Of a stretch of 10,808 bases of DNA, positions 1 to 6,756 are shown piece by piece (position 1 is the stretch's first letter; every line of letters starts with the position of its first letter). The notes below the pieces were generated by a model. That model made no database searches and was not told the origin of the DNA. It was given only the letters and a program-made list of their open reading frames with translations. Source of the DNA: a virus; the UHGV virus genome UHGV-0129264; one strand, 5' to 3'. The position numbers and the translations under genes were made by a program.

Positions 1-38
1 AGCACCTCAAAAACACCATCATACACTAAATCAGTAAG

Positions 39-230
39 TTGGCAGCATCACCCAAGGCCGATGTTGTGGAACCTGGTTCGAAATATGCAAGTGCGCGCTA
101 CTCCAGGGGGAATGGGGCATTACCAAAAGACTGCCGAATAATCTTCTTCCATGGCAAACCGCGACCGCGTGAAGTGTCAGAGGATTGGCTTCCTCTCATT
201 AGCGCGTTTTTTGAGCAAGAATCAGGATAA
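39..230 (+). CDS. Hypothetical 63-aa ORF with TTG start; may instead be a frameshifted 3' remnant of a gene entering from the left edge
   Basis: ORF track; in-frame stop at 27-29 bounds it upstream; no internal ATG; weak RBS. A different frame is open from the window edge to a TAA at 139-141. Confidence 0.25.
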   Translation: MAASPKADVVEPGSKYASARYSRGNGALPKDCRIIFFHGKPRPREVSEDWLPLISAFFEQESG

Positions 231-231
231 T

Positions 232-248
232 ATTGCTCTAATAATTCA
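232..248 (+). promoter_or_regulatory. C1 repressor operator-like site ATTGCTCTAATAATTCA
   Basis: 14/17 match to the P1 C1 operator consensus ATTGCTCTAATAAATTT as I recall it; lies directly after the TAA at 228-230 and overlaps a candidate -35. Confidence 0.6.
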
Positions 249-273
249 ATATTTTTAAAACGTGATGTACACT
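245..273 (+). promoter_or_regulatory. Candidate sigma70 promoter (-35 TTCAAT 245-250, 17-bp spacer, -10 TACACT 268-273) flanked by two operator-like sites
   Basis: Hexamers and spacing read from sequence; operator-like sites overlap the -35 and the predicted start region. Confidence 0.35.
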
Positions 274-280
274 CATCGCG

Positions 281-297
281 TTTTTTATTAGAGCAAT
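281..297 (-). promoter_or_regulatory. Second C1 operator-like site in inverted orientation (minus strand reads ATTGCTCTAATAAAAAA)
   Basis: 14/17 to consensus; forms a 13-bp perfect inverted repeat with 232-244, centres about 49 bp apart. Confidence 0.55.
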
Positions 298-311
298 CCA
301 TAAGGTGCACT

Positions 312-530
312 ATGTGGCCATTCCGACGGAAATATCACTACTGGCTGATCACCTTTGTTACGCCGACCGGCGGTATCAGGCATGTCATCACCAGGTATCG
401 CAACAAGAGACTCACCTTAGCCAGAATTTTACAGGCTGCCATAGGTGAGGGACTGGATACAAATTGCGTAGTCCTTCCACCTTCATACTTAGGAAAAATG
501 ACCGAAGCACAAGCTAATACGGAACTTTGA
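312..530 (+). CDS. Hypothetical 72-aa protein, first gene of a C1-operator-controlled operon
   Basis: ATG at 312 preceded by AAGGTG (302-307); TGA at 528-530 followed one base later by the next ATG (532), suggesting translational coupling. Confidence 0.45.
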   Translation: MWPFRRKYHYWLITFVTPTGGIRHVITRYRNKRLTLARILQAAIGEGLDTNCVVLPPSYLGKMTEAQANTEL

Positions 531-531
531 A

Positions 532-1794
532 ATGAGCACTTCAGCACAAAACCAATCAATCGAAAATGTATCTATCCCTGATGTCCTGAATGCCGGTATC
601 CCGGCCATTATCCAGAACATCCGGGCCGCGCAACGCCGCGTTAGTTGTGATGACCTCACAGCACGTTTTTTTGATAATGCGGTTCAGTCAGCGGAGATGC
701 TTCACGCACAGCTTATTGATGTTTATAACGCAGAAGCTGATAGCCATAACTCCCAGGTAGATGCAGCTGAAAATATGCAGTTGGATCTCGGTCTGAAGGG
801 TAAAGAAATTGAAGAGCTTCAGCTGCAAATTGAACATTTGAAACGCCAGCAACAGGACGCGATCGACGATGCGACGCATGACGCCAACCAGCGTGCTGAT
901 AATGCCGAACGTATAAGCATTGAGCTGGAAACAAAACTCAATGAAATGACCGCGATGGTTGAACTGCGGAACTCACAGATTTCAACGCTAAAATCTCAAT
1001 ATAAAGAGATCTGGAAACTTGATCCTTTTAACCTTGAGAAACGCTATAACAAAGCTAAAAGCGAGCGACAGGAACTGCGTAAGCAGGTCGCCGACCTTAA
1101 CCAACAGCTCAAAAAAACTATTAAAGATGCAAGCGAGGCGCGCGTGGCATTTGCTAATAAAAAAGCAGAGGTTACCGCGCTGGTTAATGAGAATGCCAAA
1201 TTTGCGACGCTCAAGAAGGAAATGTATGGCATTACTGAGCGCCGTTTCCCTGCAAGCAAACTTCATCCGACGTTAGGGCAAATCTCCTTCTTCCCGCGCC
1301 TCCTGGCTTATGGGATCTCATCGCCTAAAGAGTTCAATAACGAGCGTCCTTATATCGTTTCTAAGCTGGACTTTGCTTATCAGTTCTGCTGCGACATGGG
1401 CTATGCCATTGATATCCGAATCAACGAATGGTTGATGCCAAACTTCCAGCCGTTGGCAATTTTCCGCGAGTTTCAGCCGGAAGGTTGGGTAGAGTTCTTC
1501 CATGAATTGATCTGTAAAGAGATGGAAAGCCGCCGCCCGGAACTGGTCCGTCGTGTCGAGTGGGCGCAAGAGGTTATGTTAGCAGATGCAGAGCTGCCGT
1601 TCGAACCGGAATTCATTGATGATCTGGCAACTAAAGGGCTGCATACCCTGTTTGATGTGGTTACCCGCCGTCATGAGCAGTTGGTTGTCGAATTGGGTTT
1701 AGAGGAAACTGCGGCAAGAAGACTTCTCGATGTTTGCTATGCACGTAGCGATGCATGGGAAAAAGAGAACGGCGGCACTATTTACGTTCGCTGA
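532..1794 (+). CDS. Hypothetical 420-aa protein: N-terminal ~240 aa coiled-coil-like (heptad-rich, K/E/Q-rich), C-terminal globular domain of unknown function
   Basis: Long ORF with a clean frame; followed by a strong intrinsic terminator. No recognisable catalytic motif (no P-loop, no KxDG). Confidence 0.8.
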   Translation: MSTSAQNQSIENVSIPDVLNAGIPAIIQNIRAAQRRVSCDDLTARFFDNAVQSAEMLHAQLIDVYNAEADSHNSQVDAAENMQLDLGLKGKEIEELQLQIEHLKRQQQDAIDDATHDANQRADNAERISIELETKLNEMTAMVELRNSQISTLKSQYKEIWKLDPFNLEKRYNKAKSERQELRKQVADLNQQLKKTIKDASEARVAFANKKAEVTALVNENAKFATLKKEMYGITERRFPASKLHPTLGQISFFPRLLAYGISSPKEFNNERPYIVSKLDFAYQFCCDMGYAIDIRINEWLMPNFQPLAIFREFQPEGWVEFFHELICKEMESRRPELVRRVEWAQEVMLADAELPFEPEFIDDLATKGLHTLFDVVTRRHEQLVVELGLEETAARRLLDVCYARSDAWEKENGGTIYVR

Positions 1795-1815
1795 TAGTTA
1801 CAGTGTCACTTTTAA

Positions 1816-1847
1816 TGCTGGTGGAGTGCTCCCACCAGCATTTTTTT
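1816..1847 (+). terminator. Rho-independent terminator (9-bp stem TGCTGGTGG/CCACCAGCA, 7-nt loop, T7 tail)
   Basis: Perfect GC-rich hairpin at 1816-1840 followed by TTTTTTT at 1841-1847, 22 bp after the stop at 1794. The next gene follows, so termination is probably partial. Confidence 0.7.
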
Positions 1848-1866
1848 CGTCCAATGAGGAGGGCAT

Positions 1867-2373
1867 TTGAGTATTTTCAATAAACACGCACACCAGGAAC
1901 GTCCGTACATCGTCATAGTAGATATTGATGGGACGATATCAGAGGCAACGGAAGACAGGCTGCATTTACTTCCACCACCTGGCAAAGGTGCATTAACAGA
2001 GCACTGGAACGAGTTTAACCTTGCCTGTGACACTGATGCTCCCATCACTCCAGTTATTGATATGGTGCGCCAGTTGTCCGGCATTTACACCCTCTGGTTT
2101 GTAACCGGGCGCTGTGAGATAGCCAGGGATAAAACACGAGCCTGGTTGCGTAAGCACGTAACAAATGGGGCTGAGCCTTTGCTATCTATGCGTCCTGCCA
2201 CCGATGACAGAAATGACGGTCCAGCAAAGATTGATCTCCTTAAGAAAATTGGTCTAAGTAAAATCGCGTTCGCGCTGGAAGATAAGATTGAAGTGGCGCG
2301 TGTTTTCAGGAGGCACGGCGTGCTTACGTTAATGGTCAGAGAGTATGAAAACGCGCTTCTACATCAACAATAA
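1867..2373 (+). CDS. HAD-superfamily phosphatase-like protein (168 aa) with N-terminal DxDGT motif (IVIVDIDGTI); resembles small phage polynucleotide 3'-phosphatase / acid-phosphatase-like HAD proteins
   Basis: TTG start at 1867 preceded by GAGGAGGG (1856-1863); DxDG[TS] is the HAD motif I nucleophile signature. I recall a P1 gene named pap in this neighbourhood, but the symbol is not verified. Confidence 0.7.
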   Translation: MSIFNKHAHQERPYIVIVDIDGTISEATEDRLHLLPPPGKGALTEHWNEFNLACDTDAPITPVIDMVRQLSGIYTLWFVTGRCEIARDKTRAWLRKHVTNGAEPLLSMRPATDDRNDGPAKIDLLKKIGLSKIAFALEDKIEVARVFRRHGVLTLMVREYENALLHQQ

Positions 2374-2389
2374 TTGCTCTAATAAATAT
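2373..2389 (+). promoter_or_regulatory. C1 operator-like site ATTGCTCTAATAAATAT (16/17 to consensus), overlapping the stop codon of the HAD gene
   Basis: Near-perfect match; followed by TTGATT (2389-2394) and an AT-rich stretch resembling the spacer at 245-260, suggesting a duplicated operator-promoter cassette. Confidence 0.65.
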
Positions 2390-2470
2390 TGATTTTAAAA
2401 CAGAGAAAGTGAAAATAAAAACATGCCGCAAGGCGCGGCATGTATCCAATCAATCACAGGAGCTGAAAAT

Positions 2471-2557
2471 ATGAACACGGCATTCAGAATCATTATGGCC
2501 GCGATCTATTTCTGGCTGTTCTCTATCACTTTTGGCGGCATCGTCGCACATGGGTAA
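2471..2557 (+). CDS. 28-aa hydrophobic peptide (MNTAFRIIMAAIYFWLFSITFGGIVAHG), leader or small membrane peptide
   Basis: ATG at 2471 with AGGAG (2458-2462) 8 nt upstream; its TAA (2555-2557) sits inside the RBS of the next gene. Below the ORF-track size cutoff; found by manual translation. Confidence 0.4.
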   Translation: MNTAFRIIMAAIYFWLFSITFGGIVAHG

Positions 2558-2566
2558 GGGGGATGC

Positions 2567-3745
2567 ATGAAAGGCGAAGTGAAAGAGCGCGGCATGATTT
2601 TTAACGATGAGATGGTCCGGGCAATTCTTGGCGGGAATAAAACACAGACTCGCAGGATTGTTGAAGAAAAATTCTATGGATGGGCAGTGGCCGCAGAGTT
2701 GCTTGCCAAGCATTGTCCATATGGTCAACCGGGCGATCGTATTTGGGTTCGCGAAACCTACCGGGTACATGGCAAAGCGACGGACGTCGCAACGCTGGTT
2801 TATCGCGCAAGCGTGCGTAACTCCTGGACAGAACAAACGCACCGGGTTCCGGTCGAGGTTTGTAATAAACCAGTATCAGAAAAGTGGACGCCATCAATTC
2901 ACATGCCGCGCTGGGCATCGCGCATTCTTCTGGAAATTACCAACGTGCGCGTTGAGCGGTTGAACGATATCAGCGAATGCGATGCAAGGGCTGAGGGCGC
3001 ACCAACAGAATCGACCCTCATTGGCGATAAGCATTACCCAAGTTTCCGTAGCCTATGGAAATCAATTTATGGCGAAGATAGTTGGAACGCTAATCCTTGG
3101 GTGTGGGTAATACAGGCTGATGTCGCGCAGGCAATTGAAAAACTCAAACGGAAATTAGTGGAATGCAATCGCTATAACTACTGCGCAGATGCAGTTAAGG
3201 GCGTTGAGTATGCCTGCCACGCTGCCATGCTTCAGGGTAGCCAACCTGTAAGCCAAAGTAAGACATACAGGTTGGATTTTGGGCAATGGCTGGAACAGCA
3301 ACGCGGGAAAATCGATGTGGACTGTGGTTGTGTGTCCACTGAAACATTCATGCACTGGCTGCGGGTAGCTTACGAGGCTGGCAACTATCCGGATATTCCG
3401 GATAGTTCGGTGCCAGCGCCAGGAAAGGGCGTCACCGGTGAACGTATCCGCATTAAGCCGCATGTTTATCGCGAACTGGTTAACCGTCTCCACGATACAG
3501 CGATCAAGTGTGCTGGCACCCAGCAATTACGAGAAAGAATTAGCCGTGTTTTGGGCGACGTTATTACGCCATATCATCATAAACAAGCCGAGAAAAGCGG
3601 TCTGGAAAGGTGTCATCTTGAGGCAGCATTAAAGATTAAGCCGGGGCATACGCTTGGCATTATTGATGCACTGTTGGTTCATAAGATGGCCAGGGCTTTA
3701 TTGTCGTTGGTGGACGCTGGTGATACAAGCGAGGGTGAAGTATGA
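2567..3745 (+). CDS. 392-aa protein whose N-terminal ~190 aa resembles the ASCH/PUA-like domain common in prophage proteins; C-terminal half unknown
   Basis: ATG at 2567 after AAGGGGGA; N-terminal signature MIFNDEMVRAILGGNKTQTRR...GDRIWVRETY recalled as typical of ASCH-domain proteins (memory, not searched). Confidence 0.8.
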   Translation: MKGEVKERGMIFNDEMVRAILGGNKTQTRRIVEEKFYGWAVAAELLAKHCPYGQPGDRIWVRETYRVHGKATDVATLVYRASVRNSWTEQTHRVPVEVCNKPVSEKWTPSIHMPRWASRILLEITNVRVERLNDISECDARAEGAPTESTLIGDKHYPSFRSLWKSIYGEDSWNANPWVWVIQADVAQAIEKLKRKLVECNRYNYCADAVKGVEYACHAAMLQGSQPVSQSKTYRLDFGQWLEQQRGKIDVDCGCVSTETFMHWLRVAYEAGNYPDIPDSSVPAPGKGVTGERIRIKPHVYRELVNRLHDTAIKCAGTQQLRERISRVLGDVITPYHHKQAEKSGLERCHLEAALKIKPGHTLGIIDALLVHKMARALLSLVDAGDTSEGEV

Positions 3746-3843
3746 GAGTTGCAGATCACATCAAACACCTTGAAAGAATTATCGAAAACGGTGAACTCTT
3801 AAGAGATCAGATGAGACGCACGGCAGAGCCAGGGAGGCGATAA
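3742..3843 (+). CDS. 33-aa ORF overlapping the upstream stop (ATGA); possibly the N-terminal part of a frameshifted gene continuing in the 3873-4103 frame
   Basis: ATG 3742 overlaps TGA 3743-3745; the downstream frame is already open from 3795, so the two frames overlap by ~50 nt. Confidence 0.3.
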   Translation: MRVADHIKHLERIIENGELLRDQMRRTAEPGRR

Positions 3844-3872
3844 TCCGCAGTCAGGCTGGTAAATTAAAGCAA

Positions 3873-4103
3873 TTGTCAGAGATTAACACGCTATACAAGA
3901 ACAGACGTAACCGGGCGGTGATGCGGCTTCAGAAAGCACGTAATGAAATTAAATTGGTGGAGGCAAAACTGAAAAAACAGATCCAGCGTTACGATCAGCA
4001 AGATGCTTTTTATGCCGCCATCAAGGCGGCTGCTAATGAAATAGGCATCTGGAAGTTGCTGGTGGAGAAAGCAAAGACGAAGTTAAATGCCAACGAAAGC
4101 TGA
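3873..4103 (+). CDS. 76-aa K/E-rich helical small protein, TTG start (alternative ATG at 3921)
   Basis: ORF track; weak RBS; hairpin ATGTGC-N6-GCACAT at 4109-4126 just after the stop. Confidence 0.4.
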   Translation: MSEINTLYKNRRNRAVMRLQKARNEIKLVEAKLKKQIQRYDQQDAFYAAIKAAANEIGIWKLLVEKAKTKLNANES

Positions 4104-4159
4104 ACTACATGTGCCCACCAGCACATACAGAAAATGATTGTTTCCACATCAAAGAGATT

Positions 4160-4182
4160 TTAATGTTTCACTGAAACATTAA
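4160..4182 (-). terminator. Perfect 23-bp palindrome TTAATGTTTCA-C-TGAAACATTAA, likely terminator for the minus-strand small gene (or a protein-binding site)
   Basis: Overlaps the stop codon (4179-4181) of the 45-aa ORF; on the minus strand the hairpin is followed by TTAAAATCTCTTT. No U-tract on the plus strand. Confidence 0.45.
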
Positions 4183-4316
4183 GTAAGCCAGTGCATAATT
4201 CCATTTTTTACTGACCTTAAAAGCAAAATCAAAACGATGATGAGGATAATAGCCAGAATCTGGCTAATAATAGGCGCATCTAAAAATGCACTCAGGAACT
4301 GAAAAAAAGCGTTCAT
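4179..4316 (-). CDS. 45-aa hydrophobic single-helix peptide (MNAFFQFLSAFLDAPIISQILAIILIIVLILLLRSVKNGIMHWLT), small membrane protein
   Basis: Manual minus-strand translation; ATG at 4316-4314 preceded by AAGGAA (complement of 4324-4329) at 7-8 nt; stop embedded in palindromic terminator; not in the ORF track (<60 aa). Confidence 0.55.
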   Translation of the reverse strand: MNAFFQFLSAFLDAPIISQILAIILIIVLILLLRSVKNGIMHWLT

Positions 4317-5178
4317 TCAGGTGGTTCCTTGTCAAATGTAAAGGTGCACTTGCTCACGTTGACGTAGAAACCCAACCCCTATATAGTTGGATTCGGTGAA
4401 TGAAAGTCGTTAACGTGAGCTTACGGCACATGTTTTCGGAAAAACATCAGGGAACGGCTAATTCCTTGATGCGGGTGGGGTCTGTAATGCAGACCCTATC
4501 TATTAACGTCATGATTGCATCTCAAATTTTCTCCTTATCTTCAATTAATCTACATTCATTTCATCTGTTAGCCACCACAATATGTAGAAAATGGCCCTCT
4601 TGCAAGTGCATAACTTTGTGGATAACTCAGGAAGGAAAAAGTGGCTTTCGCGCACCTTCGGTCAGACAAGGTGTCCGGGAAAGTCAACGCAAAGAAAAAA
4701 ATTGTTAAAAATAACGTTTGTTGGAATTGTATATTTTTATCCCCTTCAATGGTTAGCATTCTATTAACATCTTTTTTTAGAGACAGAAAAACATATCGTA
4801 ACAACATATATACAGTATTAAGAGGCGAGTATTATCCTGCGGTGGGAATTCTGGGCGCTGTTAGATTCGACTTTCTCAGCGGGATTACATCGTCAACTTG
4901 CGACGTTGCCGTATGACTTTCGTGTAATAGGTGACAATGATGCGGCTAGTGAGTTACTTGTGAAGTTTTTCGGAAAAGGTTTTGTGGCCTCGGATCTTGA
5001 TGAGCTACAGCAACATGAAGTGTCTAATTTGATTTTTAGCCATAGCCAATAAGCCTCCCTCCTCCATCAAGGCCACAATTTGTGACCTTAAACAATTTGT
5101 TTTCTGCTTTTTCTTATTTGAGGAAATAACGTTGTTGACAGCTAATAGGCTCGTTGTTGTTATACATACCTGTATAGA

Positions 5179-5535
5179 TTATGACCGTAAATTATTAGCG
5201 GATTTTAAGCCATATTCACCGTTGTAGAAATTACTCATGTTCCATTCATTAGGAAGTTCTTTTCTGTCCAATGTATAGTGGCGCACGATATAACGATCTT
5301 CATCTTCTTCGATGGACAGGCGGACATAGCCAATGTGAATCACCGATACGGGCGGTGTTCGTATTGCATAGATGTCGCGGAGATATACCGGCAGCTCGAC
5401 AAATGCATCAGGTGCATCTGTGATGCTCGTTTTTTCACAGTATTCATATAACGCATCGTTGATATCGTTAAGAGATTCATGATCGTATATTTCCAGGTAA
5501 TTACCGCGATCGCGATGGTACTCGATTTTAGCCAT
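5179..5535 (-). CDS. Hypothetical 118-aa acidic protein, second gene of a minus-strand pair
   Basis: ATG at 5535-5533 abuts the stop of the upstream gene (minus strand reads TGAATG); AGGGGA 6 nt upstream, inside the upstream gene's 3' end. Confidence 0.7.
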   Translation of the reverse strand: MAKIEYHRDRGNYLEIYDHESLNDINDALYEYCEKTSITDAPDAFVELPVYLRDIYAIRTPPVSVIHIGYVRLSIEEDEDRYIVRHYTLDRKELPNEWNMSNFYNGEYGLKSANNLRS

Positions 5536-5943
5536 TCAAAATCCCCTGTTATCGTTTTGCATTTCTCTAATCCGGTTCAGAACTACTTCGTGCTGGACTT
5601 GGATAGCGGCTTTTTCGTTTTCAAGCCGGGCAATAGACATCTCTAATTCTTTGCTGTACCAGGCGAGCTGGGCCAGGTTCATCCGGTTGTGGTCGAGAGT
5701 TGGAGACACTTCGACGCGATCCCTTTCTTTCTGCTTTAATGAGAAGAGATTCATCTCATCCCTTGAGGAAAATTCAGCAACAATTTCTTGTTGATGATCC
5801 GGTCGCTGCGGCATCCTCGCCAGTATAAATGGCGGTTCTTTTGAAAACATGAATGTCGGTTCAGACCGTGTTTTTACCCAGCTTGCCTGCTGTCTTTCGG
5901 CAAGTTCACAGGCTTCATCATAGTTATCTGCCAAACAAAGCAC
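5536..5943 (-). CDS. Hypothetical 135-aa protein with C-terminal coiled-coil-like segment, first gene of the minus-strand pair; start uncertain
   Basis: GTG start at 5943 without a clear SD; internal ATGs at codons 32 and 44 also lack a well-spaced SD. Confidence 0.6.
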   Translation of the reverse strand: MLCLADNYDEACELAERQQASWVKTRSEPTFMFSKEPPFILARMPQRPDHQQEIVAEFSSRDEMNLFSLKQKERDRVEVSPTLDHNRMNLAQLAWYSKELEMSIARLENEKAAIQVQHEVVLNRIREMQNDNRGF

Positions 5944-6256
5944 GGATGGACGGTCTCACGCCCCACCATTCAGACAATAAACTACAATTTTCCCGTCAGG
6001 TTGTGTAATCCCATATGGATGGTCCCACTAGGCGTCCAGCTGAGCTTTAGAGCGTTTCTCGTTAGGAGTGCAGTCAAAATTTTTGGGCAATACAGGATCG
6101 AGAGGAATGCGATTAGGCATAGCTAATTCCTTATTAACTGATTGGCAACGAGGTTACGCTGATCCCGCGGTGATGAATAGTAGCAAAGCGCACAAAAATC
6201 ATCAGCGGTGGTTGATGTACATAACGCGTTTGCACCAAAGGTGCTTCTTTAATGTA

Positions 6257-6276
6257 TACTGTATAGATAAACAGTA
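6257..6276 (+). promoter_or_regulatory. LexA (SOS) box TACTGTATAGATAAACAGTA overlapping a -10 (TATACT 6255-6260) upstream of the UmuD'-like gene
   Basis: Perfect CTGT-N8-ACAG with AT-rich spacer; the only such site I found in the window; candidate -35 TTGCAC at 6230-6235. Confidence 0.85.
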
Positions 6277-6294
6277 TTTTTGAGGTAAAACGCT

Positions 6295-6684
6295 ATGGGT
6301 TTCCCTTCTCCTGCGGCGGATTATGTTGAAAGCCGAATTTCTCTTGATCAGCAGATAATTAGACATCCATCAGCAACCTACTTCATGCGGGCAGCTGATA
6401 GCCATCACCGTGAGGGAATATTGCAGGGTGCTTTGCTGGTGGTTGATTCTTCGCTTACTCCAGTTGATGGTTCGCTGCTTGTGTGCGCTATGGAGGGTGA
6501 ATATCGCATAAAGAGATACCGAAAGTATCCGCGCCAGCACCTGGAGGATTTAAGCACCGGGAAGAAAGAGGCGTTACCAGTGGATGACGATGGATGCACG
6601 GGGAGTAATGCTGTGTTTGGTGTGATCACTCATGTCATTAATGATGCCCGAAGTGGGGAATTTGATGATTGTCCGGTGATTTAA
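6295..6684 (+). CDS. humD: HumD, UmuD'-like S24 peptidase-fold protein lacking the N-terminal autocleavage segment (begins at the GFPSPAADYVE motif)
   Basis: Strong similarity to E. coli UmuD from the post-cleavage residue onward; Ser and Lys aligned with UmuD catalytic positions; GAGG RBS; LexA box upstream. Confidence 0.9.
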   Translation: MGFPSPAADYVESRISLDQQIIRHPSATYFMRAADSHHREGILQGALLVVDSSLTPVDGSLLVCAMEGEYRIKRYRKYPRQHLEDLSTGKKEALPVDDDGCTGSNAVFGVITHVINDARSGEFDDCPVI

Positions 6685-6726
6685 GCTGCAAAGTGCTGGT
6701 GCTTTATGCCTGTGAAGTTTATAATT

Positions 6727-6747
6727 GTGTACACATAACGAGTACAC
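6727..6747 (+). promoter_or_regulatory. Phd/Doc operator: perfect palindrome GTGTACAC (6727-6734) plus imperfect GAGTACAC (6740-6747), with -10 TATAAT at 6720-6725
   Basis: Two adjacent 8-bp palindromic sites immediately upstream of phd, matching the known autoregulated operator layout. Confidence 0.75.
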
Positions 6748-6756
6748 GAGGTGTTT

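Noticed and set aside
98-3526. Antisense or overlapping ORFs inside the 420-aa, HAD and ASCH-like genes (for example 98-310, 338-559, 688-879, 713-934, 988-1266, 1019-1276, 1044-1259, 1318-1569, 1812-2084, 2450-2842, 2601-2918, 2607-2963, 3155-3526, 3438-3632)
   Set aside because: Each lies within or antisense to a longer, better-supported ORF and lacks a convincing SD; treated as shadow ORFs.
4477-4484. GGGGTCTG octamer identical to the outer end of the Tn3 terminal inverted repeat
   Set aside because: Only 8 bp match; the following sequence does not continue the IR and no partner IR or transposase is nearby. It is part of a local hairpin instead.
4617-4625. Single consensus DnaA box as evidence for a replication origin
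   Set aside because: Only one box, with no iterons or clustered boxes and no adjacent rep gene; insufficient for an origin call, though kept as part of the AT-rich-region finding.
4400-4916. Plus-strand ORFs 4400-4708 (102 aa) and 4641-4916 (91 aa) and minus ORF 4568-4807 in the AT-rich region
   Set aside because: Mutually overlapping, low-complexity and compositionally unprotein-like, typical of chance ORFs in AT-rich DNA. The 4641 ORF does have an AGGAAGG SD before a GTG start, so it is not fully excluded.
6068-6283. 71-aa plus-strand ORF upstream of humD
   Set aside because: Overlaps the LexA box and humD promoter, has a GTG start with an overlapping SD, and an implausible composition; most likely non-coding promoter region.
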